Notes under the pieces: model-generated
What the model was told of the DNA's origin: nothing
What the model saw: the letters and a program-made list of their open reading frames with translations, nothing else
The model's database searches: none
Shown: positions 1 through 9,116 of the stretch, one piece after another
Numbering within the stretch: the stretch's first letter is position 1
Layout of the letters: the number at the start of each line of letters is the position of its first letter
Virus record (IMG/VR): IMGVR_UViG_3300033074_001400
Location: 1 to 64,000 of that record
Source of the DNA: an uncultured virus (IMG/VR IMGVR_UViG_3300033074_001400)
Taxonomy: Duplodnaviria; Heunggongvirae; Uroviricota; Caudoviricetes
DNA: 64,000 nt
Direction: 5' to 3' (one strand)
Position numbers and translations under genes: made by a program

Positions 1-14
1 AGGAGAGTGAAGAA

Positions 15-221
15 TTGAAAGGGTATGGGTTCTTCGATAAAGAGATATATGGTGACGGCCTCACCAAAGGTCTTGAGATTGCGAAGGATTTTTCCGATTG
101 GATAGGATTTAATTACAATCAAGGATCGGACGGATGGTATTTCATGTACGGTGATGATACTAAAACTTATACCACCGAAGAACTTTTAACAATATTCCTA
201 ACCGAAAAATACGGGAAATGA
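15..221 (+). CDS. hypothetical protein (may be 5'-truncated by the window edge)
   Basis: 68-aa ORF with TTG start, no recognised motif. Confidence 0.5.
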   Translation: MKGYGFFDKEIYGDGLTKGLEIAKDFSDWIGFNYNQGSDGWYFMYGDDTKTYTTEELLTIFLTEKYGK

Positions 222-332
222 TAGCAGTGTATATATCAATATGGGTTGGCGGGTTGGTACTTGGTTTTACAATCGGTTTCACAGCGGGACGAAAAAATAA
301 TTAACAATATTTCTCACCGAAAAATACGGGAA
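186..332 (+). repeat. 32-bp imperfect direct repeat (186-217 and 301-332)
   Basis: ttaacaatattcctaaccgaaaaatacgggaa vs ttaacaatatttctcaccgaaaaatacgggaa, 30/32 identical. Confidence 0.9.
218..304 (+). CDS. small single-TM membrane peptide (28 aa)
   Basis: ATGA overlap with the upstream stop; MIAVYISIWVGGLVLGFTIGFTAGRKNN is hydrophobic with a basic tail; below the ORF-track cutoff. Confidence 0.55.
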   Translation: MIAVYISIWVGGLVLGFTIGFTAGRKNN

Positions 333-334
333 CA

Positions 335-775
335 ATGGATAAAAAATATAACGGCTTCAACAATGGCCGTGACAAATCAGATGGAGTAGGTGGACGGGAG
401 GTAAACCACGGTACACAACAGAGCATGACTAAGGCTTTCATAGTAGCCAATGTACGGGAGATAACCGATCTATGGGATAAGGAAGAAATTAGTTATTCCA
501 GAATGGTTGAAATGCTTAATGAGAAAGCAGCGGAGTTTTATAAACAGGAGGTAGCCAAAGAGCGTGAGATGGCTAATAATTTGCTGGGCGCACTAAATGA
601 GTATATAGTTCTTTTAGGTGAAGAGCTTGACGAAGTGATGGGGTTTGTAAATGCGCATCAGTGGAAGTCTACAAGGTTTGAACAAGGGAAGATTTTAAGG
701 GAGAAAATCAAACAATCACTAAACGAATACGAAGGGATTAAACCAGAAATAACCGGGAACCAAACGGCGTGCTAA
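335..775 (+). CDS. hypothetical protein
   Basis: 146-aa ORF, helical. Confidence 0.6.
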   Translation: MDKKYNGFNNGRDKSDGVGGREVNHGTQQSMTKAFIVANVREITDLWDKEEISYSRMVEMLNEKAAEFYKQEVAKEREMANNLLGALNEYIVLLGEELDEVMGFVNAHQWKSTRFEQGKILREKIKQSLNEYEGIKPEITGNQTAC

Positions 776-812
776 CCGTTGTCAACCTCACGGTAATTTA
801 AAAAAATAATAA

Positions 813-1535
813 ATGAATACAATAATACTTGGGGATACGCATGGGAAGAGTTTTTGGAAATATATAAAGGATACAGAACAGTTTGACAGATTTATATTTA
901 TTGGGGATTATTTTGATGCATATCAAGATATATCTGGAGTTGAACAAATTCATAATTTTAAAGAAATTGTTGAATTTAAGAAAACATCCGAAAAAGAAGT
1001 TATATTACTTATAGGAAATCATGATTGCCATTATTACCCTGAAATAGGTTATACAGGTACATCTGGATATCAATCTGGTGTAGCTCATAATATAAATCAA
1101 GTGATTGATGAAAACAGAGAACATTTACAAATGGCATATGCTTTTGACAATATTCTTTGTACACATGCTGGTGTAGGTATTCAATGGTTTACAGAAAATA
1201 CACCTGAAGTAGATACACCATTATCAGCACAATATATAGCAGATGCTGTAAATGATGTATGGAAACATCATCCTAAAGCATTCTGTTTCAATGGATTTGA
1301 ATCCACTGGTGATAATATTGGTCAAACTCCTATATGGATAAGACCAAGAAGTCTTATGAAAGATGCAGAATTAATAGCAAAAGCAGGAATAATTCAAGTG
1401 GTTGGTCATACTACAATGAAACGTATAGCTAGTCATGAGCATACAAAGGGGCAATATTACTTAATTGATTGTCAGGGAACATCTAAAGAATATCTATATG
1501 TTATTGATAATGAGATCACTATAAAATCTTTTTAA
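813..1535 (+). CDS. calcineurin-like metallophosphoesterase
   Basis: GDTHG, GDYFD, GNHD, THAG and VGHT motifs. Confidence 0.92.
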   Translation: MNTIILGDTHGKSFWKYIKDTEQFDRFIFIGDYFDAYQDISGVEQIHNFKEIVEFKKTSEKEVILLIGNHDCHYYPEIGYTGTSGYQSGVAHNINQVIDENREHLQMAYAFDNILCTHAGVGIQWFTENTPEVDTPLSAQYIADAVNDVWKHHPKAFCFNGFESTGDNIGQTPIWIRPRSLMKDAELIAKAGIIQVVGHTTMKRIASHEHTKGQYYLIDCQGTSKEYLYVIDNEITIKSF

Positions 1536-1557
1536 TAAATCAATAAAACAAAATCAA

Positions 1558-1809
1558 ATGGAGACAACAACAATGTCAAAGAAGTTTGCTACTGATCCTA
1601 AGACTGTAGCCAGAAGGAAAAAAGCTTTAAAGGCTTTAAAAGAACAGCTTGAAGCTGGCGTAAAACCTATTAAAGGTGCTGTATCTTCCTATAAACCGGA
1701 AGAACTGATGTATGATGAGGAAGGTAAAAAAGCCCTCGCCGTACTGCTTACAGCAAAGGATATCGCCCGAATCAAAAATGAAATAACTATATTGGAACAA
1801 CGGGTATAA
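1558..1809 (+). CDS. hypothetical protein
   Basis: 83-aa ORF with A-rich leader, followed by a terminator. Confidence 0.7.
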   Translation: METTTMSKKFATDPKTVARRKKALKALKEQLEAGVKPIKGAVSSYKPEELMYDEEGKKALAVLLTAKDIARIKNEITILEQRV

Positions 1810-1823
1810 GGATGGGGAACAGA

Positions 1824-1862
1824 AAAAGTAGCTCTAGTTAATCTAGGGCTGCTTTTCTTTTT
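1824..1862 (+). terminator. Rho-independent terminator
   Basis: AAAAGTAGCTCTAG-ttaat-CTAGGGCTGCTTTT hairpin plus T-tract. Confidence 0.8.
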
Positions 1863-2015
1863 ATAATCTATTAAAATTCAATTACTTATGCTTGCCAAAA
1901 TAATTTTATGTATAATTGTTATATTATTAGCAATTTACATAGCACAAGAAATTACTGAGAGTATTGATGAAGATACAGAGGGAGATAAATCGTATTTAAT
2001 CTAAAAAATCATTTT

Positions 2016-2264
2016 ATGAGTGGATCATCTACAACAAAATTATATTTCAATTATCCATCTAATGCAAAAATTCGCATTAAGAAAACAAATTGTTATTATT
2101 CTGATGATTACCCTGCTGTATATAGAATAATTACAGAAAAACTGGATTTTCTTATTCCTAAAGTGGCTGTAATTTTCTCGAAAAATCATGTTTACATTCC
2201 CAATTCAATATATACAGAGAAATTAAATCAATATTATTCATCTATAACAACTAAAATAATATGA
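2016..2264 (+). CDS. hypothetical protein
   Basis: 82-aa ORF, ATGA-coupled to the next gene. Confidence 0.6.
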   Translation: MSGSSTTKLYFNYPSNAKIRIKKTNCYYSDDYPAVYRIITEKLDFLIPKVAVIFSKNHVYIPNSIYTEKLNQYYSSITTKII

Positions 2265-2458
2265 AACCCGGAGATAAAATAAAAAGAATAAAAGATTCAT
2301 TTGGAATAGCTCAATATGGAGAAATATATACAGTAGCTAGTGTCGCTTCTAATAATGTATTATGTTTAGTAGAAGATAATTATAGAAGCTATGATGCAAG
2401 TGCTTTTATAGTAGTAGAATCTTCTGATTCTACGTTTATTCCTGAATTTTTAAATTAA
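2261..2458 (+). CDS. small SH3/KOW-like protein, C-terminal FLN (paralog of 2795 and 3023)
   Basis: KPGDKIKRI...GEIYTV pattern shared with neighbours; ends PEFLN. Confidence 0.75.
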   Translation: MKPGDKIKRIKDSFGIAQYGEIYTVASVASNNVLCLVEDNYRSYDASAFIVVESSDSTFIPEFLN

Positions 2459-2464
2459 ATAAAA

Positions 2465-2791
2465 ATGAAAAAAGAATCAACAATTGATCATGTTATATAT
2501 ATTGCAAAGTTTCCTATAGAAACATCAAAGTATGGTTCAGGACTATCTTATTTCCAAAAGCAATATGGTACTGAAAACATAATACATACGCATAAAAAGG
2601 ATGTATTTACAACTGTTAAATCTGAGATACATCTTACATCTCCGAGTGTAGAATTTGAAGAAGTAACGGATGTGGATACGATGAACTGGTTTTTTAACTG
2701 TATTGAAACAGGTGAATACACTGAGCCTCCTTGGAGAAAATCTCCAACTTCTAATACTAATGTTGAAATGTTTAATGAATTTATAAATTAA
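2465..2791 (+). CDS. hypothetical protein, C-terminal FIN
   Basis: 108 aa; ends NEFIN. Confidence 0.7.
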   Translation: MKKESTIDHVIYIAKFPIETSKYGSGLSYFQKQYGTENIIHTHKKDVFTTVKSEIHLTSPSVEFEEVTDVDTMNWFFNCIETGEYTEPPWRKSPTSNTNVEMFNEFIN

Positions 2792-2794
2792 TTT

Positions 2795-3016
2795 ATGAGA
2801 AAACCATTATTCAATCCCGGAGACAGAGTATTAAGGATAGAAGATGACAGAGGTTGTGTTAAAAAAGGTGAAATCTACACTGTAGAAATGTGTACTACTA
2901 GCACTTTATTATTAGTTAATGTTGGTAGTAGCTATGAACCTTCATTTTTTACACTCGTTTCTAAAAAAGAAGAGAATGTATCTCATGAAGATATATTAAT
3001 ACAATTTATAAATTAA
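2795..3016 (+). CDS. small SH3/KOW-like protein, C-terminal FIN
   Basis: FNPGDRVLRI...GEIYTV; ends IQFIN. Confidence 0.75.
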   Translation: MRKPLFNPGDRVLRIEDDRGCVKKGEIYTVEMCTTSTLLLVNVGSSYEPSFFTLVSKKEENVSHEDILIQFIN

Positions 3017-3022
3017 TTTTTT

Positions 3023-3226
3023 ATGGCAGAATTTAAAAATGGACAAAAAGTTATTAGAACTAGCAGTGATTATGCCTATGTAAAAATAGGTTCTATATAT
3101 ACAGTGAAGTATCAAAATGGACCTAGTTTATATTTAATGGAAGTTGGTGGTGAATATGATCCTTTGTTTTTCTTATTGATAGATATATCTTTAGATAATT
3201 CTGTACCTATGGAATTTCTTAATTAA
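3023..3226 (+). CDS. small SH3/KOW-like protein, C-terminal FLN
   Basis: FKNGQKVIRT...GSIYTV; ends MEFLN. Confidence 0.75.
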   Translation: MAEFKNGQKVIRTSSDYAYVKIGSIYTVKYQNGPSLYLMEVGGEYDPLFFLLIDISLDNSVPMEFLN

Positions 3227-3273
3227 AAACATCTTTTTTCACAATTATTAATAATTTTAAAAATCAAATCAAA

Positions 3274-3735
3274 ATGGCAAAGAACGACAAAAAAGAAACA
3301 GCAATTGCACTCCGTCCTGATTCTTCAGTACCTGAATTCCTGACATCACTCAACCAAAAAATCAGCCGTATGAAACATATCGCTGACAGTGTTTACAAAA
3401 CAAATGGTAAAGTGAGAACAGCATCCGGTGAAATGGACATTAAAACACAAACAAGCCCCGCTGAACTGGTGAAAGCCTTTTCTGGTATCCTTGTTCGTGC
3501 TCAGTCTATGGAACAGGCTTATGAAGTACTGGGCATCACCAACTACCCTGTAGTAAAAATTGATGGTGGTACTGTTGAAGAATGGAAAAGTGATATCCAG
3601 CTCCGCATTGAAATCATCGAACAGAAAGACCAGCTCGATGAACTGAATGCTCTGAAGAAAGAAGCTGAAGAACTGATGGATAAAGAAGATCGTAAAGCTC
3701 TTCTCCTGAAGAAAATGGAAAAATTCGCCGGGTAA
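3274..3735 (+). CDS. hypothetical protein with coiled-coil C-terminus, probably highly expressed
   Basis: 153 aa, host-like codon usage (CTG, CGT, ATC), followed by a terminator. Confidence 0.75.
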   Translation: MAKNDKKETAIALRPDSSVPEFLTSLNQKISRMKHIADSVYKTNGKVRTASGEMDIKTQTSPAELVKAFSGILVRAQSMEQAYEVLGITNYPVVKIDGGTVEEWKSDIQLRIEIIEQKDQLDELNALKKEAEELMDKEDRKALLLKKMEKFAG

Positions 3736-3765
3736 TTGTCTGAAATTGTGTTGAATTGTATGAAT

Positions 3766-3801
3766 AAAAGGGGAGGGTGTTATTTTCACCCTCCTTTTTT
3801 T
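3766..3801 (+). terminator. Rho-independent terminator
   Basis: AAAAGGGGAGGGTG-ttatttt-CACCCTCCTTTTTT. Confidence 0.85.
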
Positions 3802-3815
3802 AATTCTTTTTAACT

Positions 3816-4088
3816 ATGAAGAAAAATGTAAATGACTATAAAACAGCAGATGGTAAAAATGGTATCTACTGCAAAAATGCAAAAGAGTTTGATGATATTG
3901 CTCATTTAATTAATCCTCATCATTTTGCAATAGGTAGATATATGGAGCATGGTTACAATACTATATATCTCTATTCTACTGGATGTGGATGGAATACTCG
4001 TGAACAGGGTGTTGAAAGAGGGTGTATAATACATAATGCTTTTGAATTTCTTGAAGAAACGGAGGACGAACCTCTATTTATAAACTAA
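3816..4088 (+). CDS. hypothetical protein, C-terminal FIN
   Basis: 90 aa; ends EDEPLFIN. Confidence 0.7.
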   Translation: MKKNVNDYKTADGKNGIYCKNAKEFDDIAHLINPHHFAIGRYMEHGYNTIYLYSTGCGWNTREQGVERGCIIHNAFEFLEETEDEPLFIN

Positions 4089-4090
4089 TT

Positions 4091-4220
4091 AACTAAATTG
4101 TAGTATTTCTATGAAATAAGAGATGAGGGAATCATATAACCCAAGATGCGCTCATAAAATCATTTGAGCAAGGGCTTTGTAAATTTAGTCCTATTTGGCC
4201 TATGATACTATAGTTTAGTT
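4091..4220 (+). ncRNA. candidate structured RNA (multibranch)
   Basis: 16-bp closing stem 4091-4106/4205-4220 (two G-U pairs) enclosing hairpins ATGA/TCAT, GCTCA/TGAGC and AGGGCT/AGTCCT. Confidence 0.45.
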
Positions 4221-4234
4221 TTAAAAAAATTATT

Positions 4235-4498
4235 ATGATAACAAGTGATTTTAAAAAAGGCGATTTAGTAAGAATTATTAAAAGACCTAAACAATGGTCA
4301 TCAGGACCCGGATTTTTTATGGATGTAAGAGATCGTGTAACGTATCCTTTTGAGGCAATTATTGAAGATATGATTAACAGAGGAAATCATATAGCCATTT
4401 CTATAAAAAACGGAGGTTGGTCATTAGATTCTCTTATAGAAGGAGGATGTATTGAATTGGCACAACCAAGAGAAACAGAACCCTTATTTATTAACTAA
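4235..4498 (+). CDS. SH3-like hypothetical protein, C-terminal FIN
   Basis: FKKGDLVRII; ends ETEPLFIN. Confidence 0.7.
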   Translation: MITSDFKKGDLVRIIKRPKQWSSGPGFFMDVRDRVTYPFEAIIEDMINRGNHIAISIKNGGWSLDSLIEGGCIELAQPRETEPLFIN

Positions 4499-4541
4499 AA
4501 TTATACACATTCTGTGTAAAGTTTTTAAAACTAAAAAAACG

Positions 4542-4748
4542 ATGAAACAGAGAAATTATGAAGAAACAAGTGTAGTACATGCACTTAATCAAAAACACGA
4601 CTGTCGTGTTAGCGGAGCCAACAAGAAAATTGAAATTTTAAAAGAACCCAATGGAAAGGGTGATATTGGTAATAAAAGTAAGGGAAAGATTGATTTTCTT
4701 TCCAAATACTGCGGATATCAGGTTGTTTTTGTAACATCCTTCCGTTAA
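4542..4748 (+). CDS. small phage protein of unknown function
   Basis: likely start at ATG 4542 (MKQRNYEE) after an A-rich leader; IGNKSKGKIDFL motif. Confidence 0.6.
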   Translation: MKQRNYEETSVVHALNQKHDCRVSGANKKIEILKEPNGKGDIGNKSKGKIDFLSKYCGYQVVFVTSFR

Positions 4749-4786
4749 AACAATTTTCAATTAAATAACTTTTAAAATTTAAAATT

Positions 4787-5059
4787 ATGTCAAGAGGCTC
4801 AATCAGTGAAATCACAATCAGGCAGAGATTCAATACCTTTAATGATGGGTATGCTCCGATTAGTATAGGAACACCTGCTTTTACAAATGCTGTAGATTAC
4901 AGCGTGTTTAAACATACAAAAGAGGAGAAATTGGATAAAGCTGCTGCAAAATATAAACACAAACTATTTTTAAGACACCACTTTAAAGGAAATGTTCCAA
5001 AAAAGGTGCTGAATATACCTCAATACCAATTGGAGACTCCTATAAGGATAACTAATTAA
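4787..5059 (+). CDS. hypothetical protein
   Basis: 90-aa ORF. Confidence 0.6.
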   Translation: MSRGSISEITIRQRFNTFNDGYAPISIGTPAFTNAVDYSVFKHTKEEKLDKAAAKYKHKLFLRHHFKGNVPKKVLNIPQYQLETPIRITN

Positions 5060-5195
5060 CAATGAAAAAAAGGACCGTAAGCAAATATGACAACATGAAG
5101 CACCCGTTAAGTTGGGTGCTTCCTTTTATAGGAATGCTACTTGTAATTTGTTTATATTCATGGATGATTAATGGACACATTAAATAAATCTAAAT

Positions 5196-5507
5196 ATGAA
5201 AAGAACACTCTCCCCAATCCAAAAACTCGGATATACAAGAGTTATATACCGGTTTCAACCAAGAATCAATTTTCATACAGGTCAAATTATTCCTGTAGAA
5301 ACAAAAGTGTTTAACAAATCTCCATGTGATAAGAATAATACACTTAAAAATTATCTTAAATATGGATATAAGTACTCTGAAGCAAGAAAACAGGAAATCA
5401 GAGAAATGTTAATGTTGGGAAAAGCTCCTGTTAAGAAAAGTACAACTCCTGAATTTGTAATTCCAAAGGAGAGTACTTTGTACAAATTTTTAAGTTTTCA
5501 TTATTAA
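5196..5507 (+). CDS. hypothetical protein
   Basis: 103-aa basic ORF. Confidence 0.6.
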   Translation: MKRTLSPIQKLGYTRVIYRFQPRINFHTGQIIPVETKVFNKSPCDKNNTLKNYLKYGYKYSEARKQEIREMLMLGKAPVKKSTTPEFVIPKESTLYKFLSFHY

Positions 5508-5520
5508 ATTTTAAAAAACA

Positions 5521-7326
5521 ATGGCAAATTATGTAAAAGGAAAATGGTATAAAAATACATCGTGGTCAACTCAACATGATTTTTGCAAAGCCAAAAGAGA
5601 CGGTGTTGATGGAGAAAATATAGATTATGATGAAAGAATATATAAAGGTGGTTATTCTAAAGAATATGGTTCATGGGGAGGAACTTATTATCTTAGTGAA
5701 GCTTCTCCCGAAGAATATTCTAAATTCCTACCTGATGGACATCCTGATAAAATATCAACATCAGCATCAATTATAGGAAGATGGTTTGAATGCTTAGTAT
5801 ATGGTGCAAATGGATGTACAGTGGATGGTTATATGGTAAAAAAAGGTGATTATGTTCAAATTGACAGCTTTGATACGCATTTTGGTTTCTATAAATTAAA
5901 AAATGGTAATTATTTAGGAAATGAATCTGAAACACCAAGATTTTTAGCTGGAGAAGAAATACGAGGATTCAGAATAATGCCAATTGGATTTACACCACCT
6001 GAAAAAAGTGTAGAAAAAGTTCCTGAAAAGACATCATCATCATTTGTAGGAAGATATCTTAAAGCATTAAAAGATAATGCAAATCGAGCTGCTGTAAAAG
6101 AAGGACAATATTACGAAATAAAGAAAGATGATGGTACATCAGTGTATATATTTGATTATGCTGGTAAATTTACATATGTATCAAAGGACAAAGCAGAAGA
6201 ATCTTTTAGAGAGAGAAGTGTAGAATTAATGCCTGAAGGATTTAGTCCTACCACTTATATTGCATCAAAACCTTCCAGCTTTGAAATGATTCATAATAAT
6301 TGGTATGTCATAGATAATCTTATAGACCCAAACGGTGGCGCATATAGTGGAGTGATAGGTCATGTATTTCAATATGATGGAAAGAAAGGGTTTAGTGGTG
6401 ATATGTATTATGCATCGGAAAAAACTACATGCTCAGGTGCTTGTTGGAAGAAATCTAATCTAAGACCTGCTACACCTTCAGAAATAGAAAAAGCAGAAAG
6501 GAAATATTTTCCTGAAAAGTTTCTTATTCCAGCAGATGAACCAGCTAAAAAAGAAGATAGTATGATGACATTAGACAGTTATGATGGATATGTAGTGGGG
6601 TCTATACTTTATGCAAAAGATTTAAATAAATGGGTATCTCAATATAAAAACTATTATGATGGTTCTTCATTTATAGGAGTAGGTTCAAGCCATTTTATAG
6701 GAGATAGACATGTCGCAAAAATAGGAATGATAGAAGATAAAGTGTGTTTTCTTGTATCTGGTACTTCAAATGTGTGGATATTAGCTGAAGGATATGTTAA
6801 ATTTTTAAAATCTTTTGATGATGAAGTAGTACATAAATCACCACCATCATCACCAACAACCACAGTATCAAGAGTGAGTTATCTAAGTATAACGGCACAT
6901 GGTGGATTCAATATAGGTGATAACTTAGATGGGAATATAGTTAATGAGTATAGTAATATAATAGGTAATCAATTTTATAATCAAGCTGGTAATCCAAGAT
7001 GGGTTAGCGGAATTGGTATATGGCTATCTAAGGTTGTTATACATAAAATTGCAATTATTGATGGGTATATATGCTATGGAATTGATAGTGGTACATCAGA
7101 CAGAGGATTGTTTTTCATAAAAGCTAATGGTTTTTATTCATACTATAATTTAAGGAAATTTAGAAAAGCTGAATCTAAAACCTCTGAATATATACATGAT
7201 GATGGTTCATATCCTTCAAAATTAAGTAGTGGGATATCATATAGTGATGTAGATGATGGTCTTGAATTTCAGTCTCCTATGATTGTAAAAACCACACCAA
7301 AAAAGCAAAAATTGGTAATATTATAA
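5521..7326 (+). CDS. multi-domain accessory protein with internally repeated modules
   Basis: 601 aa; SIIGRWFECL..IMPIGFTP resembles SFVGRYLKAL..LMPEGFSP; YDGYVVGSIL resembles HGGFNIGDNL. Confidence 0.75.
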   Translation: MANYVKGKWYKNTSWSTQHDFCKAKRDGVDGENIDYDERIYKGGYSKEYGSWGGTYYLSEASPEEYSKFLPDGHPDKISTSASIIGRWFECLVYGANGCTVDGYMVKKGDYVQIDSFDTHFGFYKLKNGNYLGNESETPRFLAGEEIRGFRIMPIGFTPPEKSVEKVPEKTSSSFVGRYLKALKDNANRAAVKEGQYYEIKKDDGTSVYIFDYAGKFTYVSKDKAEESFRERSVELMPEGFSPTTYIASKPSSFEMIHNNWYVIDNLIDPNGGAYSGVIGHVFQYDGKKGFSGDMYYASEKTTCSGACWKKSNLRPATPSEIEKAERKYFPEKFLIPADEPAKKEDSMMTLDSYDGYVVGSILYAKDLNKWVSQYKNYYDGSSFIGVGSSHFIGDRHVAKIGMIEDKVCFLVSGTSNVWILAEGYVKFLKSFDDEVVHKSPPSSPTTTVSRVSYLSITAHGGFNIGDNLDGNIVNEYSNIIGNQFYNQAGNPRWVSGIGIWLSKVVIHKIAIIDGYICYGIDSGTSDRGLFFIKANGFYSYYNLRKFRKAESKTSEYIHDDGSYPSKLSSGISYSDVDDGLEFQSPMIVKTTPKKQKLVIL

Positions 7327-7370
7327 CAAAAATTTTTCATTTTTTATTAATCATTTAAAAAACAAACAAA

Positions 7371-7733
7371 ATGACAACAACACAAAAAGTAACAAACTTC
7401 GCAAAACAAGTGCTGGCCCAATTGAAAGGTGATGAAAACACTGAAATCGCCCTGCGTAATGCCCGTAAAGCTGATTCTGCTTATAGCAGCCAACTCGCAG
7501 CTTTGAGAGCAAAACTCGTGGATGATGAAGTAAATGTAGAAGAAGCTCAGGAAAACTACAACAAAGCTAAGTACCCCAAAACAGTTATTAATGATAATAA
7601 GGCATTCGTACAGAATGTGAAAATTTATTATGAAAGGCTGCAAACAGCGCAGGATACCCTGACAGCAACTAAAGATTCAATTGAATTCTTTGAAGGTCTG
7701 CTGAAAGAAGCTTCCGCTGAAGTTGATGCATAA
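7371..7733 (+). CDS. coiled-coil hypothetical protein, probably highly expressed
   Basis: 120 aa, host-like codons, terminator downstream. Confidence 0.75.
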   Translation: MTTTQKVTNFAKQVLAQLKGDENTEIALRNARKADSAYSSQLAALRAKLVDDEVNVEEAQENYNKAKYPKTVINDNKAFVQNVKIYYERLQTAQDTLTATKDSIEFFEGLLKEASAEVDA

Positions 7734-7755
7734 TTTTGCATTTTATTAAACTTTT

Positions 7756-7793
7756 AAATAGTGCCTCAGATAGATTCTGGGGCACTATTTTTT
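7756..7793 (+). terminator. Rho-independent terminator
   Basis: AAATAGTGCCTCAGA-tagat-TCTGGGGCACTATTT plus Ts. Confidence 0.85.
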
Positions 7794-7807
7794 AAATTAA
7801 AATTATT

Positions 7808-8089
7808 ATGAGAGAGAAACTTCCCGAAAAATGGTGTGTAAAAGCAGATAACACAAAAATTGTACAAAAGTTCTTTTTAACAATGCCTAATGCATCAAGT
7901 GATTATGTAAAACATAAAGTCTATAATGGTAGATATTTTCATTCTGCATTAGAACTATCTAGACATTGGGCTAGGATTTATAGTTGTCCAGTTATTCGTG
8001 AAGGATATGAAGAATTAACAATGGAAGAATTTAAAAGATTAGTGCTTCATATACAAGATAATGATCCTATTCCTGAATTTTTAAATTGA
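7808..8089 (+). CDS. hypothetical protein, C-terminal FLN (paralog of 14806)
   Basis: MREKLPEKWCV...ELTMEEFKRLVL; ends PIPEFLN. Confidence 0.75.
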   Translation: MREKLPEKWCVKADNTKIVQKFFLTMPNASSDYVKHKVYNGRYFHSALELSRHWARIYSCPVIREGYEELTMEEFKRLVLHIQDNDPIPEFLN

Positions 8090-8313
8090 TATTTATGGAT
8101 ATACTTGATGACGTAAGATCACATATTGATGATCTTGAAAATCAAATTGCAGATTTAAAAAAAGAGAATGAAGAATTGGAAAAAAAGCTAGATTCTATAA
8201 ACGATGAACTTTCATCACTCGAAGATGACTATTATTTACTTAAAAATGATTATGACGCTTTGTTGGTTGAGTATAACAAACTAAAAGACCCATTATATCA
8301 ATTTGAAAATTAA
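8086..8313 (+). CDS. coiled-coil protein, C-terminal FEN
   Basis: heptad pattern; ends PLYQFEN; true start may be ATG 8095. Confidence 0.65.
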   Translation: MIFMDILDDVRSHIDDLENQIADLKKENEELEKKLDSINDELSSLEDDYYLLKNDYDALLVEYNKLKDPLYQFEN

Positions 8314-8487
8314 TTATCTATGATTTGTGAAAAATTAAAGTATAAACTAAACACTGCTAAGATTAAAGGAATCAAAAATATAACAATTAAGACACTTACA
8401 GAATCTGAAAAAGAAGAACTGAAAGATTGTGGATATACTTTTAAATTTATCACTGAAAGAAATTATTATATTATAAATTTATGATAT

Positions 8488-8817
8488 ATGGCGACACCAA
8501 TTAAAGACCTACCATCTGAATTAATTGCGTTGATAGAAGCAAGATATGTTCAACAAAAAAGAAGAGAAGGTAATCTTTCTTGTAATAGCCTACCTTCGGA
8601 ATCATATGAATGGAATGTAGGCTGTTTATTTACATGGAGAGAAACTCCTGAACATGGTATAGACTATAATTTTTGGAGTAAAGTAAATGAGGGTAATATG
8701 AGTTATGTATTTAAATCTCCAGCATATCCTAAATCTGCTCGTAAAGCATTCTTTGATGATGATGAAATAGATAAACAAATAACTGAAATTGATTTTTATA
8801 ATAAATATTGGATATGA
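8488..8817 (+). CDS. tandem paralog 1 (TPE..FW / FYxKYWI family)
   Basis: IKDLPSEL...LFTWRETPE..FWS...FYNKYWI. Confidence 0.75.
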   Translation: MATPIKDLPSELIALIEARYVQQKRREGNLSCNSLPSESYEWNVGCLFTWRETPEHGIDYNFWSKVNEGNMSYVFKSPAYPKSARKAFFDDDEIDKQITEIDFYNKYWI

Positions 8818-9116
8818 GAATTAAAGATTTTCCACCGGAATTACGTGATCTTGCTATATTGAGATATAAGGAATGTGAGATATATAAATTACGAAGAACA
8901 GGAAGAATATACAATGTAGCAGATATTATACCAAGGCATGATATTCTTGAAGATAATGTATTTAATTTATTTACTTGAAGTGAAACCCCAGAAGGAGGTA
9001 CTTTTTGGAGCATAGTCCATGATGATAAACTAGATGAAGCTAGAGAAATGTCATGTTATCCTAAATCAGGATCAAATATATCAGATAAAGAATTTTACGA
9101 TAAATATTGGATATGA
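8814..9116 (+). pseudogene. tandem paralog 2 with in-frame TGA at 8976-8978
   Basis: MRIKDFPPEL...LFT*SETPEGGTFWS...FYDKYWI; the stop aligns with the Trp of paralog 1; ATGA-coupled at both ends. Confidence 0.8.

Noticed and set aside
5099..5122. Hairpin AAGCACCC-gttaagtt-GGGTGCTT as a terminator or ncRNA
   Set aside because: It lies inside a probable small TM ORF starting at 5062 and has only an interrupted T-tract; too weak to call.
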